DNA of 64,000 bases from Chlorokybus atmophyticus (lineage: Eukaryota; Plantae; Mesostigma and Chlorokybus algae), in the NCBI GenBank assembly GCA_009103225.1, contig RHPI01000810.1:62001-126000 (forward strand), given 5' to 3'. The translations under genes and the position numbers were made by a program. Below the pieces are notes generated by a model. The model did not search any database and was not told where the DNA came from. It saw only the letters and a program-made list of their open reading frames with translations. Of the stretch, positions 33,777 to 45,339 are shown piece after piece. How positions within the stretch are numbered: position 1 is the first letter of the stretch; each line of letters begins with the position of its first letter.

Positions 33777-36700
33777 GGGGTCTTGTAGTGCCACCTCTAT
33801 GCTGCGCGTGGGAACGCTAACGGAGGCAGGTGGAGACGATCGGGCAATAATAGCCACAGCTGCTAAGCAGTGTGGGGAGCGTGTCTCCACCACGAAGTTT
33901 GCTAGCAGCTCACCACGCTCGCTTGTGCCAGTGCGCAAGTGCGAGTGGAACTAGAATCGTTGAGTCAATTGCTGATGTCGCTGCCAACTACATACAACCA
34001 TACCTGACCCAAAATCAAGGCGTAGTTGCCACAATCTGACACTACACACCTGACGGCGTAGTCAGTGGTGTGTAAGGGGTTGAGACCAATTAGAGTGATG
34101 GGGATGGCCTGCTCGGTGACGCCGAGCGCCTTCTGCGCGGTGTCCATCAAAGTGTTGAGCGTGTATGTGCAAGAATCCAAGTCAGCCGCAGTGATGTTCA
34201 GCGCGCGCGCCATGTACTTGCCGATAAAGATTGGCTGCGCACCTGACTCCATCGGAACGCGCTTTGGTGCCTTGCCGTCAATGAGGATGTGCTTGTTTTG
34301 GTTGGCCACCATGACGGCGTTGGGTGTGACGCTGGTGCGGTCGATGGCACGTCGTGAGGCGCGTTCGGCTGACGTGCCTGTGGATGGGTTGCCAGGGCGC
34401 TGAGCTACCATGGCGCTGCGTTGCTTGGACGGCCCGGCCTCGCTGCCTCCTACCCCCCCTAATGGTTATGGAACGGATGCCGGTCTTGGGCTAGGCTGTG
34501 GCGAGCCGCTTGAGGAAGACATATCGGTGGCCGCCTCCTCCCGCGCGGTGCGTACGACGTGGGCTGCCTCACGCACGAGAGTGGCCTCCCATGAGGCTGT
34601 GGAATGCCCTAGATTGTCGTCATCGCTGCAGACCTCACGCCGTGGCATGGGCATCAAGGAAATGGCGCGCACTAGCTCGTTGCGGATGCGGTTTGTAATG
34701 GTGGATACATTGAGGATGCCCGCCACAAAGGGATCCCACTAACCGCGCGTGATGCCCATGTCGATGATGGTCATGGCATGCAAGCGCACTGATGGGGCAG
34801 TCTCGGCTGGTCGCTGTCGCCTACAGTGTATATGAAAGTTGTTGAGCTGGACGCGCTGTCGTGCTGCCTCTAGGCAAGGCAGGGTGGCAATAGCAGCTCT
34901 GGCGGCTGCTGTGGAACGCAGTTGTTCGCCGCCTGTCCCGTCGTTGAAAGCGGTTTGCGGCATGGCGGGATGTGTGTTTACCAGTCACAGTAGTTGCTGG
35001 GCCTGGGCGCGGGTCATGGTGTTGTATCCCAATACAAGGTGCTGGGGATGCCTCTTAAATGCGTGAGTTGCAACAGCAGGTGTGCCCATATCTTCTGCTC
35101 CCCATAGAGACCCTATCCATGGCGGTGGTGGAAACCTGCGAGGGTGATGTTGCCTCCCGCGGTTGGTTCCGGCGAGTAGCTGTCCACGAATGCGTCAATC
35201 CTTGTGGGGATGCTTGCGCCTGATGGGCAGCGTGCTCTTGTTGCACCCATTGACCAACCTGTTGCAGCGCATGCATCCGTCGTACACAGTCACGCTGATG
35301 TGGATCCCCTAACGAATGAGTGTTGTTATGGAGGGACTAATTGGCTGCCCGCCGTACAACGGGGTGATCGCTCAGTGAAAGAAGGGGTGTCGGGTGCTCA
35401 GTGGTGGCGTGGTCGGGATAGATGAACGGCGCGGTGTGATACCTTTACCACAGGTACCAAAACAACCTACGTGCCACCCTGCTCAACACAATGTCACCGA
35501 AATGGAACTAGAAGTTGCGATGCCACATTGTGTCCCTCCCTGGATAGCACGTTGTTCTTGACATCCTCCTTGTCCTCTATATTGGGTGGTGGTGCGCACA
35601 GTGGTGTCAGTTGTGGTTGCGGAAAGAACGCGTGCGTGGTGCGAAATTCTGACATCAGTTGGCCGGGCACTCTAGAGGTGTCCGGGGAGGGGACCCTAAA
35701 AGGATCGTGCAGCGCCCGTGTTGATGTGCCCGCTGCAAGTGCGGAGGGTGCTGAAGAAGGCACCCGCTGTACCGTCAACAGGGGTTGTTGTGGTGGCAGA
35801 GGTGATAGTTGCGGTAATAGCTGCGGCAAAGGCAGCGCTGATGGTGGTGCCTACACCAATGGTTGCGGCAGCTGCCAATGCTTGTGCCATGAGCAAACTG
35901 CGAGCGACGTCGTCCGACGTTGACAATTGATGAGGGGACTTAACAACCTCCTCTGCTGCTGCAGCGGTAGCGATCTGTATGGCCTATAATAGAACCTCTG
36001 GCATTGATTCTCCAGCCTCGGCAACAATTGTTGGAGCTGTCTCGCTGCGTTCGGCTGCAGTGGTTACAATTATGCGAAGGGAAGCTGTTGTTGCAGCCAG
36101 ACCGGCGAGGTCAACTACCAATGTCTTCAGGGCTGGGGCTACAGATGTTGCAGACACCTTGGTAGGTGGTCTTACAGGGGCTGCCTCAGGCGGTGAGGCT
36201 GAGAAGCGGGACTGACAGGTGCCGTTGTTGGAAGCAAGGCATGTGCTGCTTTGGCTACTGCCTCAGCCGATTGTCTGGCGCTCTCTGCCTGTGGTGCGGC
36301 CGCCGCATCAACGGCTTGCTTGGCGGTAGCCTCAGGAGCTTGCTACGCGGCCGCAGCTTTAGCGGCTTCCTGACGAGTGCGTTCCCCTCGCGCGGGCTGT
36401 CGGCGTGTTGGTGAAGGAGGAGGCGACGGCCTGCGCTTTATCTCCATGGATGCCCACCGTGCTGCATACAAGGGATGGTAGTTGTCCTAGGGCTCCTACA
36501 GCTTGAGCTATAACTCTTGAACTTGGGCAGTGAGAGCTGCTACTTAAACTTGTGGCGGTGCTGGAGCCACCTGAGCAGTGGCGGCTGCGCGCTGTCCTGT
36601 GTTTTTGTTTTTATTGCGGCGGTCTGTTCTCCCTCGGTAGCCATTGCCGTTTTTTTTGTTGTTGTTGTTGTTGTTGCCGCTGTTTGGCCTCATCTCAGGG

Positions 36701-38630
36701 TGCTTGGCATAGCACACTGCTTTAAGATGTCCTGTCTTCTGGCAGTGACCGCACACCATCTTTTCGTACTCCTCGGGGCACTCTTTTTGACACTGGCGGT
36801 GCCGTCCATAGCGATGACAGAGTACAGGAGCAGGCAGCGCGGTATGTGCAGTTTTGGAGGCACCTTTGTGTTGAGATGGATGATGACAAGCATACACATG
36901 CACAAGTGCACGCCACAACACCAGCGTCAGGAGACCATACAAGACCATCTATTGCCATCATGTCCACGGATTTTATACTCGCCAGCTACAGATGCTTCAA
37001 CTCTAGAAGCTACTTCATCTAGCACACTTAACCATAACTTGTGCTCCAAGTTGCTCCACGTAGCTAGTTCAAAGAGCTTTCCAAAAAGCTATGGCACACG
37101 CCGAATAGTCAAGTAACCATCGAAATACAATTACTTTAATACAGGGTTGAGAAGTCTCCAGACGCTGAAATCGCCGACGCGCCTGGAACCTTCTCGCGCC
37201 TGGACCTCTCGACCTGAGTCGCATGGAACCATTTAGCAACTATTTTTATGCAGAGGGCAAGCTGACCGGCCGACCTGGATGTTGGAATATTCTCAACACT
37301 TTGTTGGGGCTGGATGTGTTTTAAGAATGGTCTCGTGGACTCGTCTGATTTTGAGGAGGGTGAACGTGAACTACAGTTGTTCATATCCAACACTGCTCCC
37401 TCCCACACGCGCCGCTCATACAGTGCCGATGCCACTTTGAACGCCAGCATTAGGAAATAATCGCTTGGCCTGGTGTTCCCCATTGTCAGGCAGACAATGT
37501 CATTCAGCGGGTGCTCCAGCTGACTGACGTATACAGCTGCAGCAGCGTCGTCGCTGATACTGCGACCTCGGATGTCACGCAGCAGCTGAGCAAGACGTGT
37601 GTACATCCGCAAGGTTTCCTCACCGTTCTTGCGTCTGAAATGTCTCAGCTCCTCGACCTTGTGGCTGGTCTGAGCTGGGAAGGTACGCCGTAGAGCAGCA
37701 TAGACGTCCTAAAGAGGGGAACCGGTGCGTTCCACAAGGATAGTGAATGAAGGCAATCACACCATGGCTAATCCCACAAAGATGGAGCCGGGCGCGGGAG
37801 ATTTGAAGGTGCCTTGAGAGGCTGTAGGGGCTTATGCCCTGGATGCGGCCTCGGCCGCTTCCGCTCTGGTCCTCACGGCAGCTTTTGAGGAAGCAGCAAC
37901 AGTGCGGCTACGTTGGCGCATCAATCGCATGGTGCGCAGCTCTATCTCCGCTGCTCGAAACTGCTATGCCTTTTCGTACTCCTCATCACTCATGACGCCA
38001 CATACCACCGGGCTGTCGCTGCCGTTGCTTCCTCTTCAGCAGTGGCCAACGCGTCAATCAGAAGAGGCCCAGGCATGGGTGCAGGCTGGAATGCCACTGT
38101 GGTAGCAGCATCTGGCGGGGGTGGCGTAATGACAGTCTCGCGGAAGCTAGCGATGCGATGACGAATGGCCACCGACCTCCGTACTTGTGCTGCTTCATGC
38201 TGCAGGATCTGGGGCGCCACCCGGAAGGACATCTCGTCCGACCATGTGCCAAACTTGGCAGCTTGGTAGCACATCTTGAAGTCGAACTTGACGATGAAGT
38301 CCTCCGGAGTGGTGGTGCCGGGGCGGCAAGAGAAATGCAGGGCATGGGTGTTGCTAAGAGCCTCTATGTCGTCGATATTGTTGTCGATTGTGTGCGAACG
38401 AGGATGGTGACGTGGAGGGGAGTGACGCGAGCTGTGTGGAGCCGATGGGCGGGACCGTGGCTGCTGCAGAAGTCCTTTGCGTCGTAGCTGAACCGTCGAC
38501 TGTAGGAGAGGTCTGAGTCCAGCCTCCAGCCAACTGGACTGGTTGCTGAAGCTTCTCTCCGTAATGGGATTGGCGACAAGTCCGCCGTGAGGGAGTTGTG
38601 TCTCTCTACGAGCTGGGGACCCACTCATGC
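33777..38630 (-). pseudogene. Protease, linker region and gag of the outer element
   Basis: KRVPMESGAQPIFIG (degenerate DTG motif); knuckle remnants CHRYGRHRQCQKEC and CGHCQKTGHLKAVC; FSCRPGTTTPEDFIVKF; collinear with the inner element. Confidence 0.8.
36869..37298. mobile_element. Solo LTR (TGTTGAG...CTCAACA family), copy 2
   Basis: TG...CA ends; TSD CTTTG (36864-36868, 37299-37303); internal similarity to 14128-14596. Confidence 0.85.
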
Positions 38631-38824
38631 GTATGCACGATGGGAACGTGGATGCAGCTATATTGTGTATGCTCTAGTATTATCTCACCCACGATGTCAC
38701 CTCACGCACTAATGTAGAATTGCGCTATGTGCGAGCGAATGACAAACACTACAATGTCGCAACCAGTCTGACGGCAACATTGCACGCAGCACGGATGCAA
38801 GACACTCATAAGCAAGGGGGTGGT

Positions 38825-39612
38825 ACTGTAAATCAACAAGCCATCTGTGTCGATGTTGTGACACAGTTCCTTGCACTGAGGTCAATAATGGGGACCTTTA
38901 GTGCTAAGTAAGGCGAACGAGCGTAGCAACTACACAGATACCACACTCTGAATGCGACCAACACACCGTCCACATGGGTGTAACCAATTCGGCCCTCGTG
39001 GCAACCATACCGTGTAAGGTGCGGTACTCGCTCCCACAATAAAGGTTTCTTGGCAACCGGGCGGCTCTCTGTGTACAGTCGTACTCCTTCACAGCTTGCT
39101 GGGCGTACATTACAACAATCCATACCAAGTCCACGCACTGCAAACTCACCCAAATCAAGCCTCACATACCACACCGGAACGCAAGTCTCAACTCATAATT
39201 TCTTACTCACAGTATCACCAAGTGTACAAGTGTCGGCTATTGCTACTTTTGCCACTGTGGCGGCACAGGAGTTAATGCACATAGTAAGTGATATAGTCTT
39301 AGCTATGGACTAGCTGTTCTGCTGGTCTACTATGCTCCAACGGATAGTCACAAATGCCGCCAAGGGAAGGCGCGGTGAACTCATAACGGAGCGGCTATCG
39401 CGGGGGACCCTACGGTGCAGTGGTCGGGAGTAGCGCTCGCGGGGGACCCTTGGCTGGAGATTGCCAACGGGTCAGCTATAAGTCGATGCCTATGACGACA
39501 GTCTGATAAGTGGTTCGTCGTGACCCACCAATTGATTCTGATATTGCGGGGGTGTGACATGGCTTTGGGAATGTCCGAGGAGAATGAGCCCTCCTGGACG
39601 TTTAGCATAACA
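38825..39612 (-). repeat. 5' B repeat of the outer element plus 19-nt motif at the PBS position
   Basis: 38844-39612 repeats 3817-4598; followed in element sense by TGGCTTGTTGATTTACAGT (38825-38843). Confidence 0.88.
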
Positions 39613-41289
39613 GAACAGAAGATCACAGAAAGGTGAGACGTTGCATGTGCAGTTTGTTGTTGATATATGGCAATGATGGAGATAATCGCTGATTGTATAT
39701 GTATCAGTGTGTAGACAAGTACCAAGCGGTGTTAGAGCAAGAGCAACTCCGAGCTGCATTTTGAGGAGGACAGCAGAACATTCAAGACAGTTTTGCTACA
39801 ACAAGAGATCAAACGCACAAGCTTGTACAGTTGCTGTGTGTCACACATCTTGCTACGCGGCCGCCCCATGACAGTAAGGCTTGCAATGCTTGCATGCTTA
39901 TCAGCTGTTGCTGCTTGAAGCAACAGTTGTCACGTGCACTGCATGCTGCACAAGTAGGGCTTCCGTGATTGCGCTGCAGCTATCCTCATTTCAAGCACTT
40001 GTTGTCATCATTGGACGGCATCACAGCGCCTGAAGCGCATTGGACTCTGCCTCTAGAGTGGGAGTTTGCAGAGGCGGTAGATGAGGTAAGTAAACTACGT
40101 GCATTGTGTGCATGTGCAGAGCAATTCATTCGGGTCGTTGGCAGGTGCTGTTGAACGAGGCACGCAAAGGTGTGAGCCAGTTACCATTTGGGGCGATAGC
40201 AATTGACGACAGCGCTGCATGTGATCTGACAGAGTAAACGTGTATGGAAGTCTTCTACATAGCAGAAGGCAAGCGAGTGTCAGCCTTTGTGAAGTTGCAG
40301 GCAGTTCACAACGCAGATGCAACACACCTTACTGCCAATTTAGTAAGTACATGCATAGTGCAAGCTGCATTGCGCTGCATGGCGTGCATTGCAGCTTGCA
40401 GAGCATGACTCGCCCTAATGGCATTGTGGCAAGCAGGTGGAGGTGATGGGGCTGGTGCTAGATTGCACGAAGGAATGTCTATCACAATGGCTTATGAGAT
40501 GTAGCAGCGACGGAGCAAGTGTTGTGATGGGAGCGATAGGGGGAGTTGCTACCAGGCTGCAACTACATCACGCACCATATATTACCAGCGTGCACTGTTA
40601 CGCGCATCGCATCGACTTAGTCGCAAAGGAGATGTCACATGTAAGAGTCATTTGCTGCGTTCTGGTTAAGCACCGGCACGCGTGCGTGCGCATTGCATGC
40701 ACATGTATCGATGCAGACGCCAAGCTGCATGTTGATAAGATTGTTCATGCAGGTGCAAAGCTTTCAACAGCTTGAGAAGTTGTTAAGCTGTGTATGCGTA
40801 CCTTTCAAGGTCTTCAAAGCGTGCGGAAGAGCCGAGGTTATGGCAAGAAGTTTGCCAACACGCAGGGATTGAAGATGCTGCAATTACATGACGTCAGGTG
40901 GATGGCGGTGCGTGGTTATTTAGCAAGCAATCTTCTTCGCAAATACACAGCTCTGATGGCGTTCTTCAGCGCACAAGTGGAGGCCGCCAGTGATGAAAAT
41001 GCCAAACAAATCTTAGAGGATTGTCGAGCATTGATAGTACTCTTACGGCTGCCTCCTTTGTGCATCTACTAGATGCACTTGATATCTTGATCAAGCGACG
41101 TCAAGAGAGAAACGTAGCTTCTGACCTTGTAGAGGACATAGACTCTTGCGTGCAAAGCACTCAAGCAGAGTACATCAATGGCAAATCTGCTGGCTGCATC
41201 CGGAAACAAGTAAGTATGTTCATGTTTGCTGCAAGTGCAGCAAGTGCTGCATGTCAAGCTGCATGTGCATCGGATGCAACCAATAGTTG

Positions 41290-42560
41290 CGTACTTAGGC
41301 AGATCAGCAATGTAGATGTGGATGAAGACGAGGCTGGCCCCTTGCGCATCACCAACAGCGCCACAGACACCTTGTGCTTGATGGCAGGCAGCATTGACTT
41401 CAACTTAGCCGCAACTGAAAGGTTTCGCAAGGCAGCATCAGCACGCAGCTCCGCCGTCCCTCGTTGTGCATCGGATCATGGGCCCTGCTACGACAATAAG
41501 CTAGACAACATCAAGAGACAAGCACAAGCTCAAGCCAAGCATCACAAATCCTTTGGCAGAACCTGGACGCCAGTCCACATTGGCGTGGACTACGACTACA
41601 ACAATAAAGCTTGGATGAACTCACAAGTAAGTGTCTCGTGTGCTTACCGCAGCAACCGCACATGCAACTTACTAATATGTATTATGTGCAATAGGTTTTC
41701 AGCCAATGGTTGTGTGCCTTCAATGGACATGAACAGACACATCTTGGTACTGATAGACAACTCCTCAACGCATGCCTGCTCATATGCCGAACAGGGCATG
41801 GAAGAAGGCTTTCGAACGCTGGAGTTGAGCAACATCAAGTGTTTGTTTCTCCCGGCCAACACCACTTCTAGAGTGCAACCTTTGGATGCTGGTATCGTTG
41901 CCGCATTCAAGGCCAGGTGAATGACAGTGCATGCCTGTTTCGAAACAAACAGAGCCTTTATTCTTAAAAGGATGTGAAAGATTTTGGGCTGGGGGGCCGG
42001 CCCCCCTGACCCCCCATGTTTAGCAGAGATTGTAATGCTATTGCTGGAGAAAGACTGGCATTACCCCTGCAGAATGGTATGCCACCAATCCCCCCGACAG
42101 CGACAGCACTATTCAGGCGGTGATACACAACATGGGTGACATGATGCAGCGCTTGCCCATCCCGCGTATTGATATGATGTTTGCCGCTGAATTTGTCGAG
42201 GTTGATGACACCCTTCTCACCGAGGCGAGCCAGAGTGACGAAGACATCTTGATGAGTGTCGGGGCATTGAGCGCACCAGAGGATGACACCAATGCGGATG
42301 ATGACGGTGTGTACGTAGTGTTAAAATATGCTTGCATGTTGAATTACACTTGCATGCTTAACACTTGCTGTGTGATAGATGGTGAGGAGACCGCACCATC
42401 GGTGGTTACAACGCTCGGGTGTCTCCAGCACTTGGGATGGTGTTGAAGCCTTCATCGCCAGCAGTGACTGCTTTATGCCTAAGCATCTGCACATGTCATT
42501 GCGGCACATCCGGAACGCGGTAACCTGCCATTAGTTGTTTGGCTCCTCGCATCAAACTCG
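41290..42560 (+). pseudogene. pogo/Tigger (DDE_1, CENP-B-like) transposase fragment
   Basis: ILVLIDNSSTH and FLPANTTSRVQPLDAGIVAAFKAR (about 41740-41917), acidic tail; HTH region not seen. Confidence 0.8.
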
Positions 42561-43019
42561 GTTGCAGGAGTTCTTTCATGTCTCGAGCACTGACGCATCG
42601 ACATCGCATGCGGCAACTAGCAATGCGACGGCTGAAGACCCTTTGTCAGTTGATGACTAGTGTAGTATGTTTAGGTTGACTTGTGTATTGTAAACATGTG
42701 ACTTGCTCATGGTGCTTAATGCGCGAGTAGCGCATACATGAGTTCATGCGCATGTCTAACATTGAAAAACACCAGCAATAACTTTGACATGTGTATAAAG
42801 CAATCAATCGAGCATGCACACACATGCATAAAGGGCATATCATCACTGCATCACATGCAATAATTAAGTTTGATCAGTTTTGTGCTTTTACATGCTATTA
42901 AAGTAAGCCATTAATAGAACATGCATTGGCTAGCTTAATAACTCACAAAGTTGAATAAATACATGTTTTTGCTACAAAACCGCGTTAATAGCATAAATAT
43001 GCTATTTACATCTAAGAGC

Positions 43020-44990
43020 ATGTTATTCTCTTAAAAGCCAAGAGCATAACCTTGCAAAGAGCATACAGCTGCTGGGGACAAACAGTATGCTCTTAGCAAG
43101 GGTAGACTGTACCACAGTCGCCATCCATTTGCCAAAAGAACTGCGAAGGCCACGTGCGAGCTGGCCTACGAAGCTGAGAGCACAGAAGATCCCACTTACA
43201 AAAAATAAAAGGCCAAGATGCATGGCGTCAACGAACTGTCGCCTTTGTGGAGGCTTTGGCGAACGTACAAGTTTGACTCGTGTTAGGACATGGTGTTTGA
43301 TACCATGCACACGCTTGCCGAAGGAGTTTGGCCAAGAGCTCCACAGCCTGTACTCTGATGGAGGGTGGTGATGAGCAGGTCAGCAAGATGGAGATTGACA
43401 GTTGGCTAAATGTGATGAGAAACGCACGGCCCAGGGAGTTGAGGCATGGTAACCGCTGGCCACATGGCCTCAGCAGTCACCTTAGATGGTGGAAGGCGCA
43501 GGAGCACCAGCTTTTTGTGCAGTTTGCTGTGCCTTATGTTTTTCACAAGCTTCTAAGTGAAGAACGGAGAGACCTCGTGATGTGCCTCCACATGATATTT
43601 CGCTTGTTCTTTGACATCTCATGCCGCTTGTTTTGGGACTTTGGCCATCTGGAGCTCGCCAATGCATTGCTGAAGTACTGGAAGGGGAACAGTGAGATCT
43701 GTTTTGACACCAATAAGAAGATTCTGGAGCAAATTGCGGGAACTTGCCACTTGCTTGACAACATCCGTCGACATGGTCATCATGATGTGTTCGGATGTTA
43801 TGCTTTTTAACGCTCTGTGAAGCTGTATGTCAACACCCCTTCCAACAACGAAGACTACGAGATCAGCTTCATGACGCGATTTGTCACGAGATGGTTTTTG
43901 CGACTCTTTGGCGTCATGCGTGATGATCAGAGGTCAGGCCTGCTGCTTCGCCACAGAGTCGCCAACAACCTATATGCAATTTGTAAATCAGAGTTCAAAG
44001 AGGCCACCTGGTATAAGGTGGCTACAATCAGGCACGCAGAGGAGATATGGGCGCTTGTGGAAGCATACCGCACCTTGGCACACTCTCAACACATTAAAAA
44101 AAAAAAGGTATATTGATTGGACGAGGCAGCATTCAGTACGTAGGGAGCGACGCCTTGTAGGACGCATCTGTACACAAGAGAGCATTGCCACCGACGCCCC
44201 GACGCGGAAGACAGTGCGCGACTACAAAGCCTGCATGAGGGATGGCCTGGTGTACAGGTGTGCTTTATGTTACGAGCACTTGCAGCACATTCTCTATCTC
44301 TCATGTCGATATTCCCAGCATTGTTAGTCGCACTGATTGTTAATGCTGGGACTGTTATACTGTCGCATTGTTATACATTTTTAAACAATCAAACACAATC
44401 AAAATCTCTCTCATACACACACAGACGCGACTGCAAGGATGCTGTGATGTTTAATAGAAGCAGGCCTGCCATTTTCAGCAAACAATTAATGTTCCTCCAC
44501 ACAGAGTGCAATGTCCACATTATTGTCCACACGTACAGCTTGCAAAAAGCTCCTGCTGGCAATCAATGTATGGACGCGGACTTCGGTGCACTGCATGTGC
44601 GCGCGTTGGAGGAACCCTACATTCTTGTCCGAGTGCAGCAGCTGCTTTGCAAAGTGTGGATGCTGACCGAGAGACCAAGGCTGCTTCCATACACGCTAGC
44701 TTACAACAGCAACCCCAGGCTGCGGTTCAGAGCAGATGACATTCCTCTCCCTGTATGGTCGGAAATCGAGGATGTCCTGCTTGTAAGACATGCAAAACGA
44801 GAAAAAGTTGGTCTTTGACTTCCGTGTGCCGACTGACCCATCAGAGTCAGTATTTGATAATCCTCGACTATGGGTCCCGGTTGTCCGACAGCCCCTAGTT
44901 GACGATGAAGGCAACATGTTGGTTGACTACTTGAAGCCTGTTTTCAGATCTCAAGTGCTCGCCAAGGTCCACCGCGGTGGGTGGTAATTA
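43020..44990 (+). pseudogene. En/Spm (CACTA) transposase remnant, 5'-truncated
   Basis: HGVNELSPLWRL...FD...FDTMHTLAEGV, WKAQEHQLFVQF, HLLDNIRRHGHHDVFGCYAF motifs typical of En/Spm transposases; stops and introns. Confidence 0.75.
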
Positions 44991-45339
44991 AGGACTGTTG
45001 TAACCAGAAGATGTCACCCATTGCGGTCAAAAGGAAGCTCAATTGGTAGCAAGCTAATCAAGGCAGATGGCAAGAGCAGCCAACAACTGAGGTGGTGCGC
45101 ATGTTCCATGACAGATATGTTATGTAATACAGGGCAGGAGAGCCTGAGGCAGATACGCATCACTTCCCTCATCTCACGGACAATCCTATGAATAGCCGGT
45201 TGTCCATGAGACTGTCTTGGCAACAGCACTATCGGGCATTGTGACTCTTATAGCTGTGTTTACACAAGGCATTACAAAGCACACATTGCATAATGTGATT
45301 CATACTTCTTTATGGCACAGATTACGCACACAAAGAAGG

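Larger units (their letters stand above)
3670..39612 (-). mobile_element. Outer Ty3/Gypsy-type retrotransposon with split direct repeats, DNMT domain and PHD finger (about 10.9 kb after removing five nested insertions)
   Basis: Termini TGTTATG...CCCGACA (element sense), 4-bp TSD GAAC at 3666-3669 and 39613-39616. Domain order gag, PR, DNMT, RT, RNaseH, integrase, PHD. Repeats B1 38844-39612, A1 4601-4751, spacer 4599-4600, B2 3817-4598, A2 3670-3816. Confidence 0.9.
3215..41270 (+). pseudogene. hAT-superfamily (ZNF862/TTF-finger-like) transposase pseudogene, split by the 3670-39612 insertion (pieces about 3215-3669 and 39613-41270)
   Basis: Frame W-SEKFA*LRYD*DEEHAFYEVCRR...FRVDNFEAHAG|TEDHRK is continuous once one GAAC TSD copy is removed (zinc-finger-like). 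Downstream motifs SDGASVVMG, HCYAHRIDL (40437-40660) and HDVRWMA (about 40885). Has stops and introns; C-terminal dimerisation region not seen. Confidence 0.75.
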
